From Sedimentisphaerales bacterium (GTDB taxonomy: Bacteria > Planctomycetota > Phycisphaerae > Sedimentisphaerales > SM23-30), in contig CAXXFK010000021.1 in assembly GCA_963663965.2 (NCBI GenBank), forward strand, positions 96,218 to 160,217: a stretch of 64,000 nucleotides of DNA. Direction: 5' to 3'. This document shows positions 21,738-31,342 of the stretch, in pieces (the stretch's first letter is position 1; each line of letters opens with the position of its first letter). The notes beneath the pieces are model-generated. The model saw nothing but the letters and a program-made list of their open reading frames with translations, did not search any database and was not told where the DNA came from. Made by a program: the position numbers and the translations under genes.

Positions 21738-21852
21738 CCAGGCCCCTGGCCTTCGTGTAGCGCCGCAGGCGCTCTTCGTGAAGCCGCAGGCGCTTCGTGG
21801 TTCAATCGGCTGTTTTTTTGCCTTTTTGCCTTTCGCCTTCGTGGCTTCGTGT
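21738..21852. repeat. Intergenic CTTCGTG short-repeat/hairpin element
   Basis: Five CTTCGTG copies (21751, 21774, 21793, 21837, 21845) and hairpin agcgcc-gca-ggcgct. Confidence 0.65.
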
Positions 21853-21897
21853 GAACTTTTTTTAATTAACGTTACAACCCAATAACCCGGTACCATT

Positions 21898-22944
21898 ATG
21901 ACCCAGCGATTCCGCGACAATATCGAAAACATGGCCGGCTACACCCCCGGGTTCCAGCCCGACGATCCCGCCGCCATCAAAATCAATACCAACGAAAATC
22001 CCTACCCGCCCTCACCGCGCGTCTTCGATGCCCTGCGCAACCTGACCGCCCTGGACCTCTGCCGCTACCCCAGCAGTATGTGGAAAACCTTTCGCGCTAC
22101 CGCCGCCCGGATCTATCACGTCAGCCCGGACATGATCGCCTGCGGTAACGGCGGCGATGAACTGCTCGCTTATCTGGTACGCTGCTGCTGCGATACCAAC
22201 CGTCCGCTGGCCTATCCCGTGCCCACCTACACACTATATCCAACCCTGGCCGAAATCCAGAACTGCCCCACCATCGAAATCCCCTTCAATCCCGATTTCT
22301 CCATTCCAGAGGCCCTGGCCCACACCAACGCACCGCTCACCATCCTCTGCAATCCCAACGCCCCCACCGCCACCTTCGTCCCGCCGGCCGAAATCGAAAA
22401 ACTGGCCCGTCAGCTCAGCGGCATCCTCCTGGTCGATGAAGCCTACGTCGATTTCGCCGAAGACAACTGCCTCGACCTGGCCCGCCGGCTCGACAACGTC
22501 GTCCTGCTCCGCAGCATGAGCAAAAGCTATTCGCTCGCCGGCCTTCGTTTCGGCTACCTGATCGGCGCCCCCGCCATCATCGAAGCCGTTGTCAAAATCA
22601 AAGACTCCTACAACGTCAACGCCGCCACCCAGGCCGCCGCCGTCGCCGCTCTCTCCGATCAGGACTACTTCTACACCACCGTCGCCCGGATCAAACAACA
22701 ACGACGGCGACTCACCATCGCACTCCGCCAACTCGGCTTCACCGTCGGCGACAGCCACACCAACTTCCTGCTGGCCACCGTCCCGCCTCAGACCCAGGCC
22801 CGGACCATCCACCAGCAGTTGGCCCAATACAATATCTTTATTCGATTTTTCAACCAACCCGGCCTGCTCGACAAACTGCGCATCTCCATCGGCTCCGCCG
22901 AACAGATGGATGCCCTCATCCAGGCCCTCACCGAAATCGTTTAG
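21898..22944 (+). CDS. hisC: Histidinol-phosphate aminotransferase
   Basis: NTNENPYPPS, GNGGDE, CNPNAPT, VDEAYVDF, RSMSKSYSLAGLRFG. Confidence 0.96.
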   Translation: MTQRFRDNIENMAGYTPGFQPDDPAAIKINTNENPYPPSPRVFDALRNLTALDLCRYPSSMWKTFRATAARIYHVSPDMIACGNGGDELLAYLVRCCCDTNRPLAYPVPTYTLYPTLAEIQNCPTIEIPFNPDFSIPEALAHTNAPLTILCNPNAPTATFVPPAEIEKLARQLSGILLVDEAYVDFAEDNCLDLARRLDNVVLLRSMSKSYSLAGLRFGYLIGAPAIIEAVVKIKDSYNVNAATQAAAVAALSDQDYFYTTVARIKQQRRRLTIALRQLGFTVGDSHTNFLLATVPPQTQARTIHQQLAQYNIFIRFFNQPGLLDKLRISIGSAEQMDALIQALTEIV

Positions 22945-22950
22945 ACGTAC

Positions 22951-22975
22951 GGAGTACACGCTTCAGCGTGTTTTT
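22951..22975 (+). repeat. REP-like hairpin or terminator between hisC and hisB
   Basis: GGAGT-acacgct-tc-agcgtgt followed by a T-run. Confidence 0.5.
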
Positions 22976-23051
22976 AAAATAATTATCGCGCAGCGATACC
23001 TTAAAAATTCCCGCAGGATCGAAAAACAGCGCAGCTAAAGGACCTCCATAA

Positions 23052-23639
23052 ATGACACAACGCACCAGTACCATCGAACGCACCACCAAAGAAACCTCGA
23101 TCCGCCTCACCCTCAATCTGGACGGCGGCGATTACCAGATCGAAACGGGTGTCGGTTTCTTCGACCACATGCTCACCCACATCGCCAAACACGGCCGCTT
23201 CGGCCTGACCGTCGCCGCCCAGGGTGACCTGCACGTCGATGACCATCACACCGTCGAAGACGTCGCCATCTGCCTCGGCCAGGCCTTCGATCAGGCCCTC
23301 GGCGACAAAAAAGGCATCGTTCGCTTCGGTTCCGCCACCGTCCCCATGGAAGACGCCCAGGCCCAGGTCGCCGTCGATCTGTGCGGCCGCCCCTGCTGCC
23401 TGTTCAACGTCCGCTTCACCTCCGGCAAGATCGGCCAGTTCGACGTCGAACTCGTCGAAGAGTTCATGCGCGCCTTCTCCAACAACATCCGCATGAACCT
23501 GCACATCAACGTCCCCTACGGCGCCAACAACCACCACATCGCCGAAGCCATCTTCAAGGCCCTCGGCCGCGCCCTGGCCGACGCCGTTCGCGTCGATCCC
23601 AACCGCAACGACATCCCTAGCACCAAAGGAGTCCTCTAA
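23052..23639 (+). CDS. hisB: Imidazoleglycerol-phosphate dehydratase (monofunctional)
   Basis: RTTKET, TGVGFFDHML, DDHHTVED, NNHHIAEAIFKA, PSTKG. Confidence 0.97.
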   Translation: MTQRTSTIERTTKETSIRLTLNLDGGDYQIETGVGFFDHMLTHIAKHGRFGLTVAAQGDLHVDDHHTVEDVAICLGQAFDQALGDKKGIVRFGSATVPMEDAQAQVAVDLCGRPCCLFNVRFTSGKIGQFDVELVEEFMRAFSNNIRMNLHINVPYGANNHHIAEAIFKALGRALADAVRVDPNRNDIPSTKGVL

Positions 23640-23641
23640 CC

Positions 23642-24334
23642 GTGCCGGCCGCGCCCCTGGACCACACCCTCAGCGCCCTCATCTTCGATATGGATGACAC
23701 GCTCTATCCCGAAGTCGACTATATCGTCAGCGGCTACCGGCTCATCGCCCGCCAACTGGCCCGGCCCGAAGTTGACGCCGACCAGCTCTACGACGCCCTC
23801 TGGGACACCTTCCTCAACGGCCCGCGCGACCGTGTCTTCAATATCGTCCTCGACCAGCTCGGTATCGGCGCCAACCCCCAGCTCATCGCCGAACTCGTCC
23901 AGAAATACCGCTGCCATCGCCCCGAAATCCAGCTCACCGACGACACCCGCCAACTGCTGATCGACCTGCGCCGCCGCTTCCGGCTCGGCGTCATCACCGA
24001 CGGCTACCTGCCCGCCCAGAAACTCAAGGCCCAGGCCCTCGAACTGCCCGCCCTCGTCGATCACATCATCTACACCGAAGAGCTCGGCCGCGACTGCTGG
24101 AAACCCAGCCCCCGCCCCTTCCAACTCATGAGCCAGACCCTCGGCTGCCCCCCGCAGCAATGCGCCTACATCGCCGACAACCCCGCCAAAGACTTCCTCG
24201 CCCCCAACCAGCTCGGCTGGCTCACCATCCGCCTCCGCAACGACACCCAGGTCCACACCACCAACCCCGCCCCCCCCGGCGGCAACCCAAAAATCACCAT
24301 CGCCGATCTAAATGAATTGAGAACAATGCTGTAA
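23642..24334 (+). CDS. HAD-family hydrolase/phosphatase
   Basis: FDMDDTLY motif I, ITDG, KP, YIADN..KD. Confidence 0.88.
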   Translation: MPAAPLDHTLSALIFDMDDTLYPEVDYIVSGYRLIARQLARPEVDADQLYDALWDTFLNGPRDRVFNIVLDQLGIGANPQLIAELVQKYRCHRPEIQLTDDTRQLLIDLRRRFRLGVITDGYLPAQKLKAQALELPALVDHIIYTEELGRDCWKPSPRPFQLMSQTLGCPPQQCAYIADNPAKDFLAPNQLGWLTIRLRNDTQVHTTNPAPPGGNPKITIADLNELRTML

Positions 24335-24338
24335 TCCA

Positions 24339-25463
24339 TTAATTCAGAAAACTACAAATAACCGGATACACCTTAGGCAACTGATTTTCAATATTTACTC
24401 TCTGCCTAAACATGTCATAGGTATTTCGAATTTTATTTACAATTCTTGGATCATGCAAATCCAGACGATTTAAAGCTTCTCTTAATTTACTTAAAACAGA
24501 ATCCATTCCGTATTGTTTGGCAAACGATACGGCTTTTCTTGACAATTCCTCGCCAATTAGAGCTTGAAGCATTTTTATTTCATGCTCTTCTATGACTTCG
24601 TCATCCAAAATCAAGGCTACTCCTAACCACATTACGGCCATTTCAAAATAGTTTTTTTCCATTTCTGAAAGTTTGCCATCACCCAACTCGTTAAGTCTTT
24701 CTAAAATCATATGATCGACTTCATTAAGCGATATACCCGCTATACCCTGATTAGTAAGTCTGGCATATATCGCTGTATTAGAAAATTGAATTAAGGCCCA
24801 TAGTCGTAGCGGTAGACTCGGATGAAGTTGATAAAGTTCCCATTCTTGAGAAGCCCCTTTATCCTTACGATCGAGTTGTTCAAGAAAACCTTGAATATCG
24901 GGCACAATATGCTCAGAAGATAAACCAGAGGCCATCTTTATCTTGACATTTGCGGCAATTACCAAACTTCGGGTAGCTATCAAACCTATACGATCTGCTG
25001 ATATTTCTGAGGCTCTCGAAATAGAAAGATATCTAAGCTTCTCTAATTCGTTTTTATAGTGATTCTCGCCAGACACACCAGGATGACCCAAGCCTAGATG
25101 TCCCAGCTCATGACCAATAACAAATTGTAGTTCCAATGGTTTCAAAAGATTGACTAATCCACTGGTCAACACAATCAACGGACGCTCCTTGATTCCAAAA
25201 ATCGGGGCAAAAGCATTGGGTGTAGAATCTGGAATAACATACGCCTCCGGTTCCTCCAATAATTGCAGCTGTTGATAAGTGGCCTTTAGTATGTCATGTA
25301 ATTTTGGGGTTAACCGACCTGTGACTCGAACTCCTTTTGCCCTCATTTGTGAACCGAATTCTGCCAGCCTTGCCATTGACTCAGGCTTCTCATTACATCG
25401 GTATATATCATCGCTAAATCGAACGGATTCACAGAGCTTAATAAAACTTTCTTTTTCAGACAT
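24339..25463 (-). CDS. M48-family zinc metallopeptidase with a TerB-like C-terminal segment
   Basis: PNAFA, LTSGL, EL.FVIGHELGH, E.SADR, HP...R; C-terminal DDEVIEEHE. Confidence 0.85.
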   Translation of the reverse strand: MSEKESFIKLCESVRFSDDIYRCNEKPESMARLAEFGSQMRAKGVRVTGRLTPKLHDILKATYQQLQLLEEPEAYVIPDSTPNAFAPIFGIKERPLIVLTSGLVNLLKPLELQFVIGHELGHLGLGHPGVSGENHYKNELEKLRYLSISRASEISADRIGLIATRSLVIAANVKIKMASGLSSEHIVPDIQGFLEQLDRKDKGASQEWELYQLHPSLPLRLWALIQFSNTAIYARLTNQGIAGISLNEVDHMILERLNELGDGKLSEMEKNYFEMAVMWLGVALILDDEVIEEHEIKMLQALIGEELSRKAVSFAKQYGMDSVLSKLREALNRLDLHDPRIVNKIRNTYDMFRQRVNIENQLPKVYPVICSFLN

Positions 25464-26658
25464 TTTGTAAATTGTTTTCCAATTTCTTGCGAGTTCGTGT
25501 TATTGCCTGGATTCGGAGTTCTGCTTGAGTACGCATCTTTTCTTCCTTATGATTGACTCGAGCGCGCCATTTCTTATATTCATTATTTAAAAACTGTATT
25601 TTTTCTTTTTCATCAAGGCCCGATGGCATGTCTAATAAAGCCTCGTCTGAAGACTGGTCAAACATCGAAACCGCAAAATGTTTATCTTGAAATTCTCTTG
25701 CCAATTCATCGGGAATATCCAGTATTTCTGCCAAATGTTTCAATACATCCCGCTCTGATTCCTGCACTTCTTCATCGGCAGCTATTATCCGCACGGCCAA
25801 TTCGTAAGCGGCATGTGCATCACTTTTTCCTCCAGCTTCTTTGAGTTCACTACACGCTGATTCGATGGCAACATGGCTATCTAAGGCGTTCGCCTTATGC
25901 TCGACAAGCGTTGTCTTAAGTATATTATTGACTTCATTTTTAATTCGTTCAGGGTCTTTAAGACGGGCAAATTGCTCTGCAAAATAATTGCGAATAACTG
26001 CTGTTTCGCGCTTATCGATATAGCCATCCGAAGCGCTGACAGCAATTGCGATTCTTGCAATTTTACTATTGATATCAATGCTACGCTGTTCATACTCCAT
26101 ATAACCGTATTCTTTTTGTATATAGGTACGGGTTGCAGAACCAGCCTTTATAATTCGATCCGAATCGCCTTCAGTGACGGCTACATAAATTTTTAGTTTT
26201 CGTTCTCCTCTTTTGGGCATAATCAATGCCTCGGGAGGAAACGCAATAACCGGCATATCTTCAAACGAAGTGATTAAGTATGGCATTTTACTTTCATAAT
26301 GACCACTAAAAAAACCGTGTTCATTAGCCAGATCCGGAATTGTACATAAAACGGGTAATTTTTCATCTTCATCGGAGTCACTGATATCTATTAAATAAAA
26401 TTGGATTTGGCAAGGATAGTTTTGGGATGGCACCAAACAGGTACCACTTATAGTTACTTTATGACAAGGCAATTTCTCCCCATCTTTAGTTTCAATACTG
26501 CTTTCGAACAGCTTGACTTTGAGATCATTATCCAATTCTTTTTTTAAATCTAATAATTTGGAATTGGCTTCCTGCTTTGTTTTCTCATCTTTGGAATCTT
26601 TAACCGCAGAATAAATACAAAATATTACGAAAAGCACTATAAAAATTACCCATCCCAT
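25456..26658 (-). CDS. DjlA-like membrane protein: TM + TerB-like domain + degenerate J-like C-terminus
   Basis: N-terminal TM; ASDGYIDKRE and AADEEVQESE TerB motifs; helical C-terminus without HPD. Confidence 0.7.
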   Translation of the reverse strand: MGWVIFIVLFVIFCIYSAVKDSKDEKTKQEANSKLLDLKKELDNDLKVKLFESSIETKDGEKLPCHKVTISGTCLVPSQNYPCQIQFYLIDISDSDEDEKLPVLCTIPDLANEHGFFSGHYESKMPYLITSFEDMPVIAFPPEALIMPKRGERKLKIYVAVTEGDSDRIIKAGSATRTYIQKEYGYMEYEQRSIDINSKIARIAIAVSASDGYIDKRETAVIRNYFAEQFARLKDPERIKNEVNNILKTTLVEHKANALDSHVAIESACSELKEAGGKSDAHAAYELAVRIIAADEEVQESERDVLKHLAEILDIPDELAREFQDKHFAVSMFDQSSDEALLDMPSGLDEKEKIQFLNNEYKKWRARVNHKEEKMRTQAELRIQAITRTRKKLENNLQNV

Positions 26659-28202
26659 TATTCTATCTCCAAGTCATCAAAATCAGCTTCTACCTCTTCA
26701 ACGAGTTGTTGAGCTCGTAAAGCGTCAGCAGATTCAAGCGTTTTTATCTTACCGGTTTCGACATCTTTAAATTCAAAGTTCATTTGACCATTGACATCAT
26801 AGGAATAGGTCACCTCAATTGGACATCCTGGTGGCCTGCCTTCGGGAAGTTCCAAAGATTCATCTATCAGTATATTGACAAATTCCGGATCTGGATCTTC
26901 CCCTTGAGTAACACTACAGTCAATTGCAGTCTGATTATGGTATCGTGTGTAATAGGTTTTACTTTTCTTGGCTGGTATTGGTGTATTTTTAGATATAATA
27001 ATATCGTTTCTAAGCATATCTCTGCCACCTACATCACAAACCACATATGTCCCAAGGCTGTGTGCAGTCACATCCTGTAATTTTGTACGACTGATGATGG
27101 CTGCTGCCTGTGGAGTCAATTCAGTAAGTCCTTTCTGATGCATCAAAAAACCGGCTTTGATAGCTGCTCCCAAGGCTACCGCCTCATCCGGATTTACATA
27201 GCTGATTGGCTCCTTGCCAAATTTGGCTTTCAGCATTTGTTGGACAGCCGGGATACGACTGGAACCGCCCACCAGCAGCACTTCATCAATGCCGCCCGGT
27301 TCTAAACTGGCAGCTTCCAGGGCATTTTCTACTAACATCTGTGTTCTCATAACCTCATCCGATATCAGTTTTTCAAAAGTGGCTCGCTGGACATCGACGA
27401 CAATCATATTCGCACCCCAATTGGGGCGACATTGTTCCTGACTTGTTTTAGATAGCCCTTTTTTGACAGTTTCGCTTAGATCTATTAGATTTAGCCAGTC
27501 ACCATTTTTTTCATCTTCTTTAATAGAGATATTTTTTTCTTCCAGAAATTTTTGAGTCAGAAACCGAGCTAACCGAATATCCAAATCGCATCCGCCTAAT
27601 TTATGATCCCCTTCTGAGGCGATTATTTTTATATTATGAGCATCCTCAACTTGGACGATAGATACATCAAACGTCCCACCCCCAAAATCATAAACCAATA
27701 TAGTTCCTGGTCGCCCTCCAGTAGAAGCATAGGTCAATGCCGCAGCCGTTGGTTCATTAATTATTTCAAGTAATTCGAGACCAGCAAGTCTAGCCGCATT
27801 CATTGTTGCCACCCGCCTCGTTTCATCGAAATACGCTGGTACCGTAACAACCGCATATTTTATGTGCCCCAGCCTCGCCTCTGCATCTTTTCTTAGCTTT
27901 TTTAATATGATACTGCTTAACTCAATCGCTGAATATTGCTTGCTATTTACGGCAAACCGCCAATCTGGATCGCCCATTTGGCGCTTAATCCATTGAACAA
28001 CCCGATCTGGCTGATGCCCGGCACATCGCTTCGCATGTTCACCAACGATGGTTGTAATATCATCCTGAAAAAAAATCGCGGATCGCGTAATACGTTCACC
28101 TTCAGCATTCGGCACAATTTCCGGACGTCCGGCCGCATTAATCACGGCCAGTGCTGAATAGGTGGTCCCCAAATCAATACCAATACATGGATACGAACTC
28201 AT
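26658..28202 (-). CDS. Hsp70-family protein (514 aa, no C-terminal lid)
   Basis: IGIDLGTT, TVPAYF, NEPTAAA, DFGGGTFDVS, VGGSSRIP, NPDEAVALGAA. Confidence 0.95.
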   Translation of the reverse strand: MSSYPCIGIDLGTTYSALAVINAAGRPEIVPNAEGERITRSAIFFQDDITTIVGEHAKRCAGHQPDRVVQWIKRQMGDPDWRFAVNSKQYSAIELSSIILKKLRKDAEARLGHIKYAVVTVPAYFDETRRVATMNAARLAGLELLEIINEPTAAALTYASTGGRPGTILVYDFGGGTFDVSIVQVEDAHNIKIIASEGDHKLGGCDLDIRLARFLTQKFLEEKNISIKEDEKNGDWLNLIDLSETVKKGLSKTSQEQCRPNWGANMIVVDVQRATFEKLISDEVMRTQMLVENALEAASLEPGGIDEVLLVGGSSRIPAVQQMLKAKFGKEPISYVNPDEAVALGAAIKAGFLMHQKGLTELTPQAAAIISRTKLQDVTAHSLGTYVVCDVGGRDMLRNDIIISKNTPIPAKKSKTYYTRYHNQTAIDCSVTQGEDPDPEFVNILIDESLELPEGRPPGCPIEVTYSYDVNGQMNFEFKDVETGKIKTLESADALRAQQLVEEVEADFDDLEIE

Positions 28203-28222
28203 ACCTGATACTCCTAAATGTA

Positions 28223-28924
28223 TTATTTTCGATAAACGGTAACCCGCGCAGGACGTAATACCTTTTCCTCGATTTCACTAACCTGTTCAATATAACCGCA
28301 CTTATCAACATGCGCTATGGTATCCGGCACACGCCAGAACCGGGCAGGTTCGGCTTTAAAGGATTCCATATAGTTCATGTCAAATACCTCGCCAGGCTGA
28401 GGTTCAATAACATCGATATCATGCTTTGCTAATATCTCTCTTACGAATTTTAATAACTCAATATTAAAATTATCTGGCTCGACAACCGCCGCTTCCATGG
28501 CTTTTACTCTTCGAAACAGCAGGTCGTGTAATTCAAAAAAAGATTCTAAGACATCCATTTTCCCTTGCCTGATATAATCACTCTCTTGACGAACCAATTT
28601 ATCTTTAGCCAAATGGACAAATCGGTTGATTTCATCCATTTTATAATCCATACCCAAAACCACCTGTTTCAATTCCATAAATACTTCGCCAGCCGCTTTT
28701 TTATTTTTAACCGCTTCCTCCGTATTTGCATGATTTGCTTTGATATTTGTTCCCACATCTGCTTTTCCACTAGAAGAAGTGTCGTTGATTTCTTGTTCAC
28801 TCGATAGTGGGGCAGATTCCATATTCCCCTCCTGTGATTCTATAGGACTTTGTTTGGTAAGCTCGCCCTCACTATTATCATTTTCACTGCTATTTTTATT
28901 TTCAAGATTTATATCACTGGCCAT
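28223..28924 (-). CDS. GrpE-like nucleotide exchange factor
   Basis: Acidic disordered N-terminus, long helix, PGEVFD...GY...VLRPARVTV. Start at ATG 28924 is inferred. Confidence 0.75.
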   Translation of the reverse strand: MASDINLENKNSSENDNSEGELTKQSPIESQEGNMESAPLSSEQEINDTSSSGKADVGTNIKANHANTEEAVKNKKAAGEVFMELKQVVLGMDYKMDEINRFVHLAKDKLVRQESDYIRQGKMDVLESFFELHDLLFRRVKAMEAAVVEPDNFNIELLKFVREILAKHDIDVIEPQPGEVFDMNYMESFKAEPARFWRVPDTIAHVDKCGYIEQVSEIEEKVLRPARVTVYRK

Positions 28925-29704
28925 GTCGTCATCTCTCTGTATTTCAAACACATTTTGAAACCTCGTTATCATCGAATAACACAATTGACTCGCAGGCATT
29001 TAAAGCTACGAGTTGATGAACTCAATAAATTGCATTTCTTATCCCTAAAATGTTAACAGCCCGTTTTTGCTGCTTTTACTAAACACAAAACCTAGATAAT
29101 CATCACACATATAATCTCCTTAACAAATAACATAGCAAGAAGATAAAATACGATGTAGAATTAATTATGTATTTCGAGGTCAAGCCAGACAATTATTTTA
29201 CTATACACAATATCCAGAAAAATATAAAGAAATTTATTCCTAATAATTTCATATTTTCTCCATAATAATACTATGTTTTTTCAATATATGGTTTTAATGA
29301 CTTTAAGTCACATTCGGCAATATATAACACAATATAAAATAAAGCCTTACCGAACCAGCACACCTGTCTAACTCATAGGATTAGCATGTCCGATATATGC
29401 AACAATCTAACTTTATTTCATTGTTAATCACCAAAATTTTGTATTAACCAACTACGATATTTCTTGCTCACTACCCTGCGCCGAACGCTGGCAGCAAGCC
29501 CTGACACCCTGACATAAATCGCCAATCCGGGCCCAACCTCCCAATGCCATCATTCTTCACATCATCCTCAAACATCCCCCCAAAAAAAACAACAACCCAG
29601 GCCACACCATAAAGGCGGCCCGGGTCATTGTTTCCATAAATTGGTTTCCTCTCAATACTTCGGCATGGTAACAAATATATAAATACCTGACGGATACATG
29701 ATCA

Positions 29705-31342
29705 TCAATCCCGCAACCATCTCTCAGAAAGAATGGCATGATCGAACATATCCACAACACCATCAAGATTAAAATCGGACTTTAAGCGATAGCCGCTTGT
29801 TCCCTCCATCTGCCATTCCCGGATAAACAGATCCAGATCCCGCCCATCGACTACCGCGTCGCAGTTACCGTCCGCCACCAGCGGATTCTCCCACCACAGC
29901 ATCGCGTAACCGCCCCCCACCGGCAGATACCAGTAATCGTTATTCCCGTCACTGCTGTCACCCACAAAATCGAACGCCAGGTTCGCCGCGTCCTGCATCT
30001 GGGCGGTCGTCAATCCCACTCCCGCTTCACTCACCGAAATCCCCGCCACCTGATAATCCCAGTAGCATCCGGTAATAATATTATAACTGCCATAAGACCG
30101 CCCTACAAATCCGCCGATCTGCTTCACATCATACTGCCCGGTTACGACACAAGCCGCATAACAATCCACCAGATCCCCGCGGTCATTATAACCGATCCCG
30201 CCGCCAATCTTCTCCGCCGCGTAGCTGGCGTTCACACTGCCAGTCGCCCGGCACCTGCTGATCAGACACTGGTTCACCCCGGCAATCCCACCCAGGCGGT
30301 CCGCGCCATATTTTCCATAAATATCGATCTGCGTACTGCAATCGTAAACAAATCCTTCATTTTCATTCACTCCCACAACCCCGCCGGCGGTATAATCCCA
30401 CACGGTAATCATCCCGCGGCTATAACACCGCCTGATAATCCCATTACTCAAGCCGGCAATCCCCCCCGCTTTTTCATAACATTCCACCGTCACATCGCTG
30501 TAACAATCCAGCGCCGTGCTATAGCGCGCCAGTGACCCCACAATCCCGCCGGCCCGTTCTTTGGTCCCGCCGTTGACAGTTCCCTCAAATTGACAGTTCA
30601 GGATATCGTTGTAATCGTTCGCCTCGCCAACAATACCCCCACAAAAACCATTCGACGCATTAACCGTCCCGGCCGCCACGCAACCGGCCACTTCTCCAAA
30701 TTCCATATGCCCGATCACGCCCCCGACATTCTGTTTGCCATCAATAGTCACCGCCGCCGTACACCCGACCAGGGCCCCGCCATTACTAAATCCGGCCACC
30801 CCGCCTACACTGGGCGCATAACCCGCATCCACCACCCCGCTCACATGACAGTTGACAATCTGCCCTCCCAGGTAATTACTGCCATACCCGCAAGCCCCGG
30901 CCACACCACCAATCCTCGCGCCGGTATAAATGGAATAGATGGACACGTCCGTCAAATTCAGATTCGCGACAACCCCGCCACTGCCTATAATCCCAAACAA
31001 ACCCACATTATCCGCATTGCTCTTCATATGGATGCCAAGGTTCCGGATCGTATAACCGTTGCCGTCGAACATCCCCGTAAACACATCCGGTGTACCCGGC
31101 GCGATCACCGCGTTGGAAAAAGTCCCATCACTGTTATCGCCCTGACCACTCAGATCCAGATCACTGACCAGCTTGAAACAGGCGTCATAATCCTGCGTCT
31201 GAGCCGCCAGCAACATCAGATCCGCTTCCGATCCAATCAGATAGGGATTGCCGACGCTGCCGCTCCCCCCGGAATACCGGGCCGGCAAACTGCTCGCCAG
31301 AATCAAAACTACCGCTACAATATTTGCTATAGTAATCCGCAT
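29705..31342 (-). CDS. Secreted GLUG-motif protein with a C-terminal dockerin-like duplicated EF-hand
   Basis: Signal peptide, YSGGSG...PYLI, FDGNGY, many xGGIxG repeats, D.N.DG.VD..D...W motifs. Confidence 0.82.
   Translation of the reverse strand: MRITIANIVAVVLILASSLPARYSGGSGSVGNPYLIGSEADLMLLAAQTQDYDACFKLVSDLDLSGQGDNSDGTFSNAVIAPGTPDVFTGMFDGNGYTIRNLGIHMKSNADNVGLFGIIGSGGVVANLNLTDVSIYSIYTGARIGGVAGACGYGSNYLGGQIVNCHVSGVVDAGYAPSVGGVAGFSNGGALVGCTAAVTIDGKQNVGGVIGHMEFGEVAGCVAAGTVNASNGFCGGIVGEANDYNDILNCQFEGTVNGGTKERAGGIVGSLARYSTALDCYSDVTVECYEKAGGIAGLSNGIIRRCYSRGMITVWDYTAGGVVGVNENEGFVYDCSTQIDIYGKYGADRLGGIAGVNQCLISRCRATGSVNASYAAEKIGGGIGYNDRGDLVDCYAACVVTGQYDVKQIGGFVGRSYGSYNIITGCYWDYQVAGISVSEAGVGLTTAQMQDAANLAFDFVGDSSDGNNDYWYLPVGGGYAMLWWENPLVADGNCDAVVDGRDLDLFIREWQMEGTSGYRLKSDFNLDGVVDMFDHAILSERWLRD

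Noticed and set aside
4115..24256. Many long antisense or alternate-frame ORFs (e.g. 4641..5438, 6700..8067, 20850..21656, 22234..22959)
   Set aside because: Shadows of well-supported genes caused by biased codon usage.
25456..26658. Tellurite-resistance ter operon
   Set aside because: Only a TerB-like domain is present; no terA/C/D/Z.
26658..28924. Housekeeping grpE-dnaK-dnaJ operon
   Set aside because: The Hsp70 is only 514 aa with no lid and a divergent linker; no HPD/zinc-finger DnaJ, no hrcA or CIRCE seen; atypical composition.
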